A stretch of 64,000 nucleotides of DNA from the human T2T-CHM13v2.0 reference genome, Homo sapiens: assembly GCF_009914755.1 (NCBI RefSeq), contig NC_060948.1, one strand, 5' to 3'. The position numbers and the translations under genes are program-made. Positions within the stretch are counted from its first letter, which is position 1. Every line of letters starts with the position of its first letter. The notes beneath the pieces are model-generated. The model had not been told where the DNA came from and searched no databases. It saw only the letters and a list, made by a program, of their open reading frames with translations. Below are positions 14,915 to 33,403 of this stretch, in pieces.

Positions 14915-15224
14915 TTATTTTTTATTTATTTATTTTTTGAGACAGGGTCTCACTCTGTTGCCCAAGTTGCAGTACAGTGGTACCATCATGGCTCAGTGCA
15001 GACTTCAGTTCCGGGGCTCAAGTAATCCTCCTGCCTTAGCCTCCTAAGTAGATGGGAATACAGGCATGTGCCACCATGGCTGGCTAATTTATTATTATTG
15101 TTTTGCAGAGATGAGGTCTCACTGTGTTGCCCAGGCTGGTCTTGAATTCCTGGACTCAAGCCATTTGCCCATGTTAGCCTTCCCAAAGTGCTAGGATTAC
15201 AGGCGTGAGCCACCATGCCCAGCC
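14915..15224 (-). mobile_element. AluJ-type
   Basis: gacagggtctcactc and ggactcaagc diagnostics; high divergence. Confidence 0.9.
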
Positions 15225-16786
15225 TGAAGTTTCTCTTAAGTGAGTTGAAGCAGTTGAAAATGAACTTAGGGCTGCATGTGTGGCATGATTTACAAATTAT
15301 TTATCCAGTGTTGTGCCATAGGAACATTAAAGTAGGTATAATCTCTGATGCAAAGGCAGAAATGGAAAGAAAAAATAGAAAAAAGTGAGAGCATGGGAAA
15401 CAGATTAAAAAAAAAAAGAAAACTCACAAATAGCTACATAAACAACTAATTTCAAAACACCATTTCTTAACTGGCCAGGCTATAGTCCTGAGATTTTTGA
15501 GAAACCGCTGAAGGCTTCCAGCGGGGTCCCTTCTAGTGATAATGCAGGTGGATGGATCAGTTAATGATTTAAACAATTAGCGATTTCCTGCAAAATTCCA
15601 GCTGTCACTGCCCCCTGGAATGCAGACTCACAGTTCTAATTGGAGCCTCCAGTATTGAAGGCGGCATGAGTTGGTGTCACTGATTTGCTTCCCCTGACCA
15701 CCGTCATTCTTATGGTAAGCGTTTTCTGCCCTCACACTGAGAACTTTTATCAAACATATTAGTGTGCATTTGGGTGATCATTAGCCTGCGGTAGCTGAAA
15801 CATTCCAGGTTATTTTAGCCTAGAAACTAGCCTGTCTGCTGAAAGAACATGCAAAGCTTCCTGCTAAGCTGGTGCACAATCAAAATATAAGGGAAAGAAC
15901 AGGTTCCTATTTAGATTTAAATCCAATATGTGACAAGTTAATAGCTCAGTGTGTTTCTGCTTTTCCATGTCAATTTTACGGGTGTGAAAGACTCTTCCAC
16001 CTGCTATAAACTTCAAAGGAAAGTCATGTGGAAGGGGAAATGCACCTCTGTTTAAGTCTTTTCTTAATCTCTTATGATTAATTTCTTCTTCCATCTGATG
16101 AAAGAAAATGCAAACGAAATCTCTTATTTGGTTCACAGTTGAAGATGAGTTCCAGAAAGCCGCCTTTAGAAAGGGAATCTGTTTTGAACATATGAAAACC
16201 ATCTGAGTCAAGATGTATTACATGGTGATTACAGTCTGACAGATGTTTTGAAGTTGTAATGTGTTCATCAGAAAGCACACAGAGCAGGGATGAGTGCTGA
16301 TTGTTTGAAGATGTTGAGGTTTATTCTGGCAACTGGAAAAACACACCAATGCTGATTGAAGTTTGGGGACCCTATGTTTCAGAAAATAGGATTGGATTTC
16401 AATCACTGGTTAATCAGAATTTCTGGGCATTGAACATGAGATTGTATCATATCATGTTGCTTTATCTCTGCCATGAGAGTCACCGTCAAAATATTCTCTC
16501 CTGGGGTAGAGCACTCTCACATGAATTTAAAGGGGGTCCACATTTGCTTTTCTATGTTCATAATTTTGACTCCACATTATAGGTAATCTGTGGAATGAGA
16601 TTCAAGTCTAGTTGTCTCCTGAATCACACACAGGAGTTCCTCTTAGGAAACCTAATTTGTGTTTGTGCATTGTCTACTTTGGAAACTTCATTTCTCTGTG
16701 TTTCTAAAAGAGCATTGTAGGGAAATAAATGGAGGTTTTAAATTTAGCTCTGTTTTTACCACCTGGGTGAATATAGACAGCCTTGC

Positions 16787-17565
16787 TGAGAGACAGGAGT
16801 AGCTGGGTTTCCTAGGCTGACTAAGAATTCCTAAGCCTCGCTAGGAAGGTGACCACATCCACATTTAAACACGGGGCTTGCAACTTAGCTCACACCTGAA
16901 CAATCAGGCAGTAAAGAGACCTCACTAAAAGGCTAATTAGGCAAAAACAGGAGGTAAAGAATTAGGCAATCATCTGACCTGAGAGCAATCATCTCACCTG
17001 AGAGCACAGCAGGAGAGACAATAATCTGATCGGTATATAAATCCAGGCATTAGAGCCGGCAACGGCTACCCTCTTTGGATCCCCTCCCTTCATGTGGGAG
17101 CTCTGTTTCCACTTTATTAAATCTTGCAAGTGCACTCTTCTGGACCATGCTTGTTATCGCTTGAGCTGAGCTTTCACTGACCCTCCACTACTGCTGTTTG
17201 CTGCTGTCGCAGACCCTCCACTGACTTCCACCCCTCCAGATCCAGCAGGGTGTCCATTGTGTTGCTGATCCAGCCAGGCACCTATTGCTGCTCACTATGT
17301 GGCTAAAGGCTTGCCATTGTTCCTGCATGGCTAAGTGCCTGGGTTCGTCCTAATCGAGCTGAATACTAGTCGCTGTGTTCCACAGTTCTCTTCCGTGACC
17401 CACGGTTTCTAATAGAGCTGTAACACTCACCGCATGGCCCAAGATTCCGTTCCTTGGAATCCGTGAGGCCAAGAACCCCACATCAGAGAACAAGAGGCTT
17501 GCCGCCATCTTGGAAGTGGCCCGCCACCATTTTGGGAACTCTAGGAGCAAGGACCCCTGGTAACA
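16787..17565 (+). mobile_element. LTR17 (HERV-W) solo LTR, full length
   Basis: tgagagacaggagtagctgg...ggacccctggtaaca, 779 bp; perfect 4-bp TSD ttgc; TATA tataaa at ~17036 and attaaa at ~17116. Confidence 0.92.
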
Positions 17566-18391
17566 TTGCTGTCTAACTTGCCTGAAAAAGAGAAGATAGA
17601 TAGACTAAATTGTTTCAAACTAAAACAATTTGCCTTTCTCAAGAGTTATTTTATCTGTTCAATGGGGAAGAACCTGCCTTGATCCATAAATAATGACATT
17701 CAACCACCTTGGCATATTTATTTTGCAACCAGTTTAGGTCTAGGAATGTCATTGTAAGATTCATTGCTCAAAGCATGATGTTCTATGGGTAATCAGTGTG
17801 TGTGGGGGTGTGTGTGTGTGTACTGGATTGCACCATCTTTTTTCATCTGGGTTGGAAAACAAAATCACTTTTTCTGAGGGGGATTTTTGTGAGTTACTCC
17901 CTTCTCCCTGTTTGATGCATATCTATGCAGGAAGTGGTTTTTTTTAAGACAAATGTCTGTCAGGACCTTTAATTTCACAGTGAACGTCAGAGCTAATGAA
18001 AGTTCTGCTAGCTATGAAGTGGCAATGTAGTATAAGCAAACTCACTAGGCATCTGGAACTTTCCAAGGAGTAGAATATGAAACTCATTGTATCCTGGTGG
18101 TACCAAAAGCCACTGGAGAGAGACAGTATTTATACCTGCCTGATGGATGTATCACTTCCAGGTGCTCTAGAATCTATGCCTTGATTACACGGCTGAACTA
18201 TGTCTTTGCCATTTCAAATCTTCCTTTAACAAATGGCTTTTGCTGAATGGTATGTTGTTGCAGTGCACTGTGGATGATAACTTCAGAAATTGTCCTACAA
18301 ACCTAGTCATTAGGGCTGCTCTAAAGAGGTTGTTGAGGACATCAGTCTGTTATGTCATGCCATTTTGGGGAGGAAATTTGGAGAGGCATTA

Positions 18392-18715
18392 ATTTTTTTT
18401 TCTTTTTTTCTTTTTTTGAGGTGGAGTCTGGCTCTGTCCCCCAGGCTGGAATGCAGTGGCATGATCTTAGCTCACTGCAACCTACGCTTCCTGGATTCAA
18501 GCATTTCTCCTGCCTTAGCTTGTGTGCCACCACATCCGGCTAAGTTTTTCTGCTTGTGTGCCACCACACCAGGCTATTTTTTTTTGTATTTTTTTAGTAG
18601 AGAAGGGGTTTTTCTATGTTGGCCATGCTGGTCTGAAACTCCTGACCTCAGGTGATCCATCCACTTTGGCCTCCCAAAGTGTTGGGATTACAGACCTTAG
18701 CTACCTCGTCCAGCC
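18392..18715 (-). mobile_element. Alu (AluS-type) with internal deletion plus duplication
   Basis: Reverse dimer; gcttgtgtgccaccaca...ggcta occurs twice. Confidence 0.9.
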
Positions 18716-19069
18716 AAGAGACATTCATTCTGATTGCATTATCAGTACTTATTGTGCCTCCTTGAGAAATGGGTAGATAATTTTAGCCTATGGATGCTGT
18801 GAATTTTGCAGTCAATAGTGTTTTCCTCTTACAGTTGGTCATTAGAAAGCTAAAGCTTAAATAAAACAGCCTGTCTTTAACAAGTGTGCTGGAATTGATC
18901 ATATGCATTTAGGAAACTTGCTTTATCCCTGACAGTATTTATTTATTTCTCCTCATTTTAATTTCCTTTTATCTCATTTTTTTTTTCCCACTCACTTAAG
19001 ATGTGTTTTCCAGCTGTAATCATAAGGAGCTTTGTAAATTGTCTTGAATTATTTTAAGAGTGAAAAATG

Positions 19070-19211
19070 GGCCTGGTGTGGTGACTCAAGCCTGTAATCC
19101 CAGCACTTTGAGAAGCTGAGGGTGGATCATGAGATCAGGAGTTCGAGATCAGCCTGGTCAAGATGGGGAAACCCCGTCTTTACTAAAAATACTAAAAATT
19201 AGCTGGGCACC
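19070..19211 (+). mobile_element. Alu left arm only
   Basis: ggcctggtgtggtgactca...aaaattagctgggcac, then stops abruptly. Confidence 0.9.
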
Positions 19212-19375
19212 TTCCCTCCCTTCCCTTCCCTTTCCTTTCCCTCCTTGCCTCCTTCCCTCCCTTTCTTCCATTTTCCCTCCCTTCTCCCTCCCTCCCATCC
19301 TTTCTTTTGTCTTTCTTTCTTTCCCTTCCCTCCCTCCCTCTCAGTCTCTTTTTCTCTCTATTCTTCTTTATCTTA
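19211..19375. repeat. CT-rich low-complexity tract
   Basis: cttccctccc/ctttc repeats next to the L1 tail. Confidence 0.9.
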
Positions 19376-19379
19376 AGGA

Positions 19380-25183
<5,804 letters not shown>

Positions 25184-25647
25184 AATTTCTCTTATTTAAA
25201 CCCTGCATTTTCTCCAATCTGTTATCACACAGGAATATACACACTGACACCAACTGAGCTATTGCTGTTAATACAATGAACACAGTATTGACAGAGTGGC
25301 CTTTCCATTATCATTAAATAGGCCAGAAGCCATTCATTGTACATCTCTGTGCTTAAAATTTTCAGCTGGGGCTCCCATAACTTAAGGCAGAGAGAAAGTC
25401 TTTCGTGGAAATCAACATAAACATTTACTACACATAAGAATGGAGAGAAATTTGCTGTTTGTTAGAAAATTGGGCTCAAGTCAAACTGTCTAACTAAATG
25501 ATACTCACTTTAACTCACTGCAAATGACTAATTCTGCATCAAATTCCACATAAGGAGAACTGTTTGCAGGGAGAACTGTGAGAGCCTCAGGGGCCAGGAC
25601 AAGCCCTGAACTGTGCAAGCAGAGATCATTTAAGAGTTCAGCTGTCC

Positions 25648-25743
25648 ATTCAGAGATTCATCTTCTTCCTGGTTTAGTCTTGGGAGGGTGTATGTGTCAA
25701 GGAATTTATCTTCTAGATTTTCTAGTTTATTTGTGTAGAGGTG
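25648..25743 (-). mobile_element. Isolated ~95-bp internal L1 ORF2 fragment
   Basis: ttcagagattcatcttcttcctggtttagtcttgggagggtgtatgtgtc matches L1 at ~61265-61366 and ~22047-22146. Confidence 0.85.
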
Positions 25744-26037
25744 CTCCCCAAACCTCCATTTCTCTCTGGAATTAATTAAAAATGGATAAATTATTAATAT
25801 TAATTAAAAGATTAATACATCTCAAGCACCCAAGCTAAAAAAGTCAAAATCCTCCTTCGTTGCTCCTTGTCCTTTATCTATCTAGCTGTCTGCAATGTCC
25901 TTCTGATAAATCTCTCAGACAGTTTTGCTATCTCCTCTGATATCACTGAAGCATTTACTGTCCCTAAAATGTGGTAATTGCACAGCCCCAGTTTTTCTCC
26001 CCGCTTTTGCTCTTCATAGCTCCCAAGGTCTTAGACG

Positions 26038-26195
26038 CTCTGCTTCTCAAACTTTAGTATACTCAAGAATCTCCTGGTGGGCTTGCTCACATGCAGATTC
26101 CCAGGCCATACCTCCATAGATTCTGATGTGGTGTGTCTGGGATGGGGCCTGAGAGTCTGCATTTCTAAGAGGATACCAGTAGATACTTGTCCATG
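26038..26195. mobile_element. MER5A-like DNA transposon
   Basis: cttctcaaactttag...atgcagattcccaggcc...ggggcctgagagtctgcatttctaa. Confidence 0.75.
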
Positions 26196-26414
26196 GTAGC
26201 CCTAATTGAGGCATCACATGTACAGGATCACATGTAATTTTTCAGCATGCTTCATATTGAGTATCCATCTAACTTTCCAGATGACTCTGCTCTTTTGTTT
26301 GTTTGTATTTTTCAAGTGTTCATTTTTTCATTCTCATTAGACAATTTTCCCAGACTCCTCAGCATGCCATATTCTTCTGTACCTCTTTGCGTTTGCTTGT
26401 AGTAATTTGGAGAG

Positions 26415-26670
26415 GTAATTCAGCATGGGGATGAAGAGCAAGTGGCAATCCTGTGACTATTAAAGTAGTTCAGAAAATAATCAACACACTGTGGCCTCTC
26501 TCCTTAGGGGCTGTGTAATCTTGGGCAAGTGATTTTGTTTTGTATGCCTCAATTTTTATATCTGAAGAAAAATGGGGCAGATTATAATAGGGGCTACCAT
26601 GTAGATTCTTGTGATGATTAGACGGCTTAATGCATCCCATGGGTCTTGAATACCCATACAGCATGTGTTA
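26415..26670 (+). mobile_element. MIR SINE
   Basis: ctgtgtaatcttgggcaagtg...cctcaatttttatatctg...aaaatgggg core. Confidence 0.7.
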
Positions 26671-27800
26671 ACTCTCTTTGTTTTCTTCTTTACACTTATT
26701 ACTTTACCTGTTACTCCAGACCCATATATATATATACTTTTTAATATTTATTTATTTATTTATTTATTTATTTTTTTGCTGTGAAATTCTCCTTCTCCTA
26801 CAAAGGCCAGATTTTTTTTTTTCTCTGCCGATGTCTCTAACATTTACCTTTCTTTAGTCCCAGGACCAATTGATGAATCCTTCCTGCCTGTTTGCAAGAT
26901 GCCATGTTGATGCTTGCATTCATTGTCTTGTAGTTTTTGCCTTACGTATTTTTTGCAGGTAGAGCCTGAAATTCTTGAGTCTTGGAAACTCATTACCCTG
27001 ATTCCTCCTTCTTGGCTCACTTTTCATTTGTTAGGTTTTAAATAGATGCCATCCACGTGCCTGACCCTGTGCTTGCGAAGAGTTCATTTGGGTGATGGAG
27101 TGCTGTGTGGGGAGTAAATTCAGTCATCTAAATCAGAAATCTTAAGTTCTATGCTCTCAGAAGTGTACCTCTTGATCAATGTGATTCTTTCACTTCATTA
27201 TGTTACATTAGGAGTAATTTGACATTTTTATTACTTCTGGATTACTTTCCAAGTACACTGATAGTAACTGGCTTGATCTTAGGTCGTTATGTTAATATCT
27301 TACATTTGGTTAGGATTTATAGTTTGCAAAGTATTATCACATAAATAAATACCTTTTGCTTTTAAAGAATCTTTCTGAGATGGGAATGGAAAGTATTCAC
27401 TTTCCTTGATTATTATGCAAAATGCTGGATAGAGTGACCCTATCAAAGTCCTGCAGCTAATAAGATGTGGGGACCATAGAATGGGCCTTTATGTCCTTGG
27501 AGACTTTGAAAGAGGAGTCTTAGGAAAGCCTGGAAGATGGGGCAGACTGCATGTTACTTGAGGAAAGTGTGTAAAGGGAGAAAGTGTATTCCGGGTATGG
27601 TTCTCCTTTCTTTTGGTAGTGTGGCCATGAGGAAGAGAAAAAAGAGGGAAGTCAGGTTTTGAGAGACTGGGCAATCTCTCAAACAATAGATGTAGCTATA
27701 TTCTCTTGAAAGCACATAAATATTCATCTTCACATTTTACTGGTTTGTATTGATACTAATTTTCTTTGTCCTATATAAAATTGCTATGTAAATACACTAG

Positions 27801-28358
27801 TATAGCAATGGAAAAACTTTCCCTTTACCCTCATAGGTTTCTGTTATTAGGGCCTATAAATTTAATTCACAAAAGACATATTAACAGGAAAACAAGGCAA
27901 ACAAAGCTTATCTGATGATAATATTTTCACATGCACAGGGACTTCACAGAAAAGAAATAAAAACTCAAAGAAGTGGTTAGACCTAGAAGTTTATATACCA
28001 TTTTAATGAAGGGCAATACATTGTGGAGAAGAGAATAGACAAAGAAAAGGAGGTTTTGGGCTCCAGGCAGTAAACTGTGGGAAAGTGACCTAGAAATGTA
28101 TGGTAGATAAGACTTATTTACTAAGGCTTGTTATGCAGATAAGAGTTATTTTTCTCTTCCTGGTATGGGAGAAGGGAACCTTTTTGCAAATGGAAAGTTA
28201 TATTACATTTACAAAGAGAAATTTATGTCTGCTTTTAGGCAGAAATGCGGAAGGCAGAGAGTTCTTCCTGTGTCTACTGTTTCTCAGTTGCCCTTAGCTC
28301 AAAATAATCCTTATGCCACAGTAGCATATTTTGGGATGGCATATTCTGATACTCTTAA
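27801..28358 (-). mobile_element. ERV1 solo LTR (MER67C-like)
   Basis: Right end tatgccacagtagcatattttgggatggcatattctgat; candidate 4-bp TSD ctag. Confidence 0.75.
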
Positions 28359-28759
28359 CTAGGGAATCTGGACCATACATAACCTGATCACATATTATGA
28401 GAGTTGATTAGTGCTCAGTGCTAGAGTGAGAGAATGATGGGAACTGGACATGAGCCTGAGGGCAGTGTTCTCAGTGTGGAAGGTTAAATGAGCAGGTGCC
28501 TCCATGTCACTTAAGTTGTATAAAATAAGAGAAATAAGCACAGTTGATTAGATTGCCTTATGTCTTCCTGGGATATCATCTAATTGTCAACTCTAAAACT
28601 TTTCCTCACCAACAAAAACACCCTGGTTCAAAATTTTTATTATAGTTGTCTATTTGGGAATTTAATTTAAAGAAATATCATTGAACTATGTTGAAGAAAG
28701 TTTGTGTTTTATGACTACTACTTTCTAATAAACAGCTTTTCTTTTATTATAAAAGTAAC

Positions 28760-29095
28760 ATTTTTATTTTTTATTGCAGTAAAAAAACCCACACAAACAC
28801 ACACAACATAAAGAGCTATGATCACATCATTGCACACCAGCCTGGGTGAGAGTGAGACCCTGTCTCTGAAAATAATTAAATAAATAAGTCAAAAATTAAA
28901 ATTTACCATGAGAGCCAGTTTTGAGTGTATAGTTAAGTAGCGTTAAGTATATTACAATTGTCGTGCAACAGATCTCCAGAACTTTTTCATCTTACCAAAC
29001 TAAAGCACAGTACTCATGAAATAACAACTTCTCATTTCCCTCTCTCAGCAACTGGCAACCACCAGTCAACTTTCTTCTTTTATGAATTTGACTAT
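28760..29095 (-). mobile_element. L1MB-like 3' end, interrupted by a plus-strand Alu 3' fragment (28813-28888)
   Basis: aaaatttaccat...atctccagaactttttcatctt; insert gagctatgatcacatcattgcacaccagcctgggtga. Confidence 0.75.
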
Positions 29096-29207
29096 AGAAA
29101 TAACCTTTTTGAAGGATAAGGTTTTTTTGCTTTTTTTTTTTTTTTTTTTTTTTTTGCAAAAATACCTAAAGGTGGATATTATAAGCATAAATAATTTAAA
29201 AGTTTGA

Positions 29208-29480
29208 GGCCAGCACTTTGGGAGGCCGACGTGGGTGGGTCATCTGAGGTCAGGAGGTCAAGACCAGCCTGACCAACATGGTGAAACCACATCTCTACTA
29301 AAAATACAAAAATTAGCTGGGTATGGTGGCAGGTGCCTGTAATCTGAGCTGCTCGAGAGGCTGAGGCAGGAGAATTGCTTGAACCCAGGAGACGGAAGTT
29401 ACAGTGAGCCAAGATTGTGCCATTGTACTCCAGCCTGGTGACAGAGCAAGACTCCACCTCAAAAAAAAAAAAAAAAAAAA
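29208..29480 (+). mobile_element. Alu (AluS-type) lacking ~27 nt just after its first bases
   Basis: ggcc joined to agcactttgggagg; TSD aaaagt(t/g)tga. Confidence 0.9.
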
Positions 29481-29679
29481 GTGTGAAACATTTGACTGTA
29501 TGTCTCCAGAGGCCTAAGGATTTCAATATGCCTACTTATAGGGACTCTTGCAAAGAAAATCAATACAATTTTTCTTACCTCTACCTTTATACTATATGGT
29601 AATATTATTTTGTTTCTTAAAGTAGCAATTTAGAAACCAAATAAATGTCTGTAACTGTTTACTTTGTTTACTATTATTA

Positions 29680-30000
29680 TGCATTATCAGTAAGCCTTTG
29701 CTAAGTAATGCTATGGTAACAAACAGTCCCCAAACTTCACTTTATTTTACTTTTTCTCACGTGCATATCAGGAATAATTTATGCTCATTTTTATGGTGAA
29801 GGATGAAAAATGGCAGAACTTTGGGAAACCTCTTAAAAATTCTGCTGAAATGTGGCACTTGCCGCTTCTCACATTCCGTCAGTCAAGCAAGTCACAGAGC
29901 CAAGAGTGATATCAATGAGACACAGAAGTATATGTAGTAATGGTCATAGATATAGTATCCTCTTCCAGGTAAGGGAGAAAATATTTGGGATTCACACATG
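29680..30000 (-). mobile_element. Old MaLR LTR fragment (MLT1-like)
   Basis: atgctatggtaacaaacagtccccaaacttca; aagcaagtcacagagccaag. Confidence 0.45.
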
Positions 30001-30679
30001 CAATTTACTTTACTAGGCAAATCACTTGTAATGGTGAAATATTATTTTTAATCATGAGCATTTTCATAGGTCTGAAAATAATGGCAACAATAGGAAATGC
30101 TTCAATTCATTTATGTATTGAGAATCTAAAATGAAAATCAACACAGGAAGAATGATTTTTGCATCCTGTCTAAGCCATCACTTATTTAAGATGTTGAAAA
30201 CGATATTCTTTTGCACTAATATGAAAATGGTACTCCCTAATTTAGGACTGGTAAGCGCAACTTAACTGGATAAAATGGTGACCATTCATTGTGTGAAAAT
30301 TCATATAGTGTTTATTTGCATACATTATGTGCATCACAATCTGCTATAAATTTTTTTCTGCACTTAAACTTTTGAATTACTTTACATATTACTCTGCTTA
30401 ATGTCTTGGCTTTATTGATTGGTTCAGCCAATCAACTCTCTGACTTTGTCTATGTCTCCTCCCTTACTTTCCACTTGTTTTCTCAGTCAGGGAATTTTAT
30501 AGAGGTTTATATGTATGAGATTCATGCTTTAGATTAGTAATTTAAAATCTCCCCAAAATATTTGCCATTTTTAACTGGTTTTGCTATTATAGACCACAAA
30601 TTACTGGTGCCAGGCCACACAACATGATATGATGCACCTATGTGCTCAGACCTGCATTTGAGGGGCCACTGAGCTAGAC

Positions 30680-30838
30680 CAAATTTCTTCAAACCTTAAA
30701 GGGCATCACCTGGAGATCTTTTTCAAATGCAGATTCTAATTCAGCTATCTGTGTGAGTCTGAAGGCATTGCATTTCCAACAAGGTCCCAGGTAATCTGAG
30801 GCTGCAGGGTCCATGAACCACACTTTGAACAGCAAGAG
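30680..30838. mobile_element. MER5A-like DNA transposon
   Basis: atcacctggagatcttt...aaatgcagattct...gcatttccaacaaggtcccagg...accacactttga. Confidence 0.75.
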
Positions 30839-31491
30839 TCTAACCAATGAAATTGTGAATACTGAAGTTCATGGGTGTGGCACCTTATCTACATCTACAT
30901 TACTAATTAGTGGTGAAGGTCCTCCTAACGCATGACTGAGTGAAGGTTCCATCCTACTGTGTGTAACCACCATTGTTTATTTAGTTTTGTTCCTAACAGA
31001 AATTATTCTGTGCCTCAAGCCAGGATTTTATTTGATTTCACCACAAGCTATAAAGTTCCTTCAGATAAGCTGGGTTCCAGGATTTTAAAATTAAAGGAGA
31101 AAATGTGTCCAGCACAGGAAGTTATTTATGTTGTGGAGGATAAGTCTCTGGATTGGTAGCAGTCTGTTCATCTATCAGAAAAGTCCCCTGGACATGGCCA
31201 CAAGAGAAATGGAGTGTTTTACACTATAGCAGGTGGGCACAGGAGCAGAGAGGGAGTGTCTTTAAGCACAATACCTACAGCAATGAAATGCTGACTCTTC
31301 TCTGATTTCCTCTCCTTTCTAATTCTATAGACAAGCAAAAGTAGAGATGCATGCCAACCAAAGAGGGGCATATTTTCAGGGCTGCTTTTCTTTCCTGGCC
31401 TCTCCCATCTTGATGAAAAGGACCATGTGAAGTGTGTGTGTGCATGTGCCCAAGCATGTGCCTTGTGGTTGGGAGCTCCATGTAAAACGGC

Positions 31492-31799
31492 TGTTCTTCT
31501 TCTTCTTCTCCTCCTTCTCCTCCTTCTTTTTCTTCTTCCTCTTCTCCTTCCCCTCTCCTCCTTTCTTCTTCTTCTTCTTTCTTCTTCTCCTCCTCCTTCT
31601 TCCTCCTCCTTCCTCCTCCTCTTCTCCTCTTCCTCCTCTTCCTCCTCCTCTTCCTCCTCCTCTTTCTCCTTCTCCTTCTTCTTCTTCCTCTTCCTTCTTC
31701 TCCTTCTCCTCCTCCTCCTTCTTCCTCCTCTTCTTCCTCTCCTCCTCCTCCTTTTTCCTCTTCTTCTTCCTCTCCTTCTCCTCCTTCTTCCTCTTCTTC
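31492..31799. repeat. (TTC/TCC)n polypyrimidine-polypurine tract
   Basis: ~305 bp composed essentially only of C and T on the + strand. Confidence 0.97.
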
Positions 31800-32075
31800 A
31801 CAAAACATTAAAAAGTTACCATTCCAATCACTTTTAAGTGTGTGGTTCTGTGGAGTGAGACACATTCACATTGTTGTGCAACCATCATCACCATCTCCAG
31901 AACTTTTTCATCCTCCCAAACTAAAACTTGCCCCATTGAACATCAATTCCCCCCATTCCCACAACCATCATTCTAATTTCTGTCTCTATGAATTCGACTA
32001 CTCTGAGACCCTCATACAAATGGAATCATAGAATAATTATCCTTTTATGTCTGCCTTATTTCTCTTAGCATGCCT
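31800..32075 (-). mobile_element. L1MB-like 3' end
   Basis: cattcacattgttgtgcaaccatcatcaccatctccagaactttttcatc; aatggaatcatag. Confidence 0.8.
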
Positions 32076-32163
32076 TATCTCTTTTAAAGTGAAGTTTTAA
32101 TTTAATAAGCATTATTATTATTTTCACTCTGCATTGTTGAACTGAAGGTTGGTGGGATGGTAT

Positions 32164-33403
32164 TGTGTCTGGAATTGGTGGGTTTTTGGTCTCACTGACT
32201 TCAAGAATGAAGCTGCGGACCCTTGCGGTGGGTGTTACAGCTCTTAAGGCGGCACGTCTGGAATTGTTCATTCCTCCCGGTGGGCTCGTGGTCTCACTGG
32301 CTTCAGGAGTGAAGCTGCAGACTTTCGCGGTGAGTGTTACAGCTCATAAAAGCAGCGTGGACCCAAAGAGTGAGCGGTAGCAAGATTTATTGCAAAGAGC
32401 AAAAGAACAAAGCTTCCACAGTGTGGAAGGGGACCTGAGCATGTTGCCATTGGTGGCTCAGGCAGCCTGCTTTTATTCTCTTGTCTGGCCCCACCCACAT
32501 CCTGCTGATTGGTAGAGCCAAGTGGTCTGTTTTGACAGGGTGCTGATTAGTGCGTTTACAATCCCTGAGCTAGACACAAAGGTTCTCCACTGTACCCACT
32601 AGATTGGCTAGATACAGAGTGTCGACACAAAGGTTCTCCAAGTCCCCACCAGAGTAGCTAGATACAGAGTGTTGATTGGTGCATTCACAAACCCTAAGCT
32701 AGACACAGGGTGCTGATTGGTGTATTTACAATCCCTGAGCTAGACATAGAGGTTCTCCACTCCTCACCAGGCTCAGGGGCCTAGCTGGCTTCACCCAGTG
32801 GATCTCGCACAGGGGCTGCAGGTGGAGCTGCCTGCCAGTCCCGTGCCCTGCGCTCGCATTCCTCAGCCCTTGGGTGGTTGATGGGACTGGGCGCTGTGGA
32901 GCAGGGGGTGGCACTTATTGGGGAGGCTCGGGCAGCACAGGAGCCCATGGAGTGGGTGGAAGGCTCAGTCATGGCGGGCTGCAGGTCCCGAGCCCTGCCC
33001 TGTGGAAAGACAGCTAAGGCACTGCCAGAAATCGAGCGCAGCGTGGGTGGGCTGGCACTGCTGGGGGATCCGGTACACCCTCCGCAGCCGCTGGCCCGGG
33101 TGCTAAGTCCCTCATTGCCTGGGCTGGCAGGGCCGGCTGGCTGCTCCGGGTGTGGGGCCCGCCAAGCCCACACCCACCCGGAACTCCAGCTGGTCCGCAA
33201 GCACGGCACGCAGCCCTGGTTCCCACTCGCGCCAATCCCTGCACACCTCCCTGCAAGCTGAGGGAGTGGGCTCCAGCCTTGGCCAGCCCAGAAAGGGGCT
33301 CCCACAGTGCAGCGGCGGGCCGAAGGCCTCAAGTGCCGCCAAAGCGGGAGCCCAGGCAGAGGAGGCACCGAGAGCGAGCGAGCCAGCATGCTGTCACCTC
33401 TCA
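32164..33403 (-). mobile_element. LTR12C-like (ERV9) solo LTR
   Basis: Reverse of tgagaggtgacagc...ccaattccagacaca; GC/CpG-rich U3; gattgg repeats; perfect 4-bp TSD gtat. Confidence 0.93.

Noticed and set aside
15864-16582. 115-aa and neighbouring ORFs as a processed pseudogene
   Set aside because: No recognisable protein similarity, poly-A tail or TSD
31275-31865. 196-aa E/G/R/K-rich ORF and overlapping ORFs
   Set aside because: Translation of the TTC/TCC repeat, which lacks stop codons in several frames
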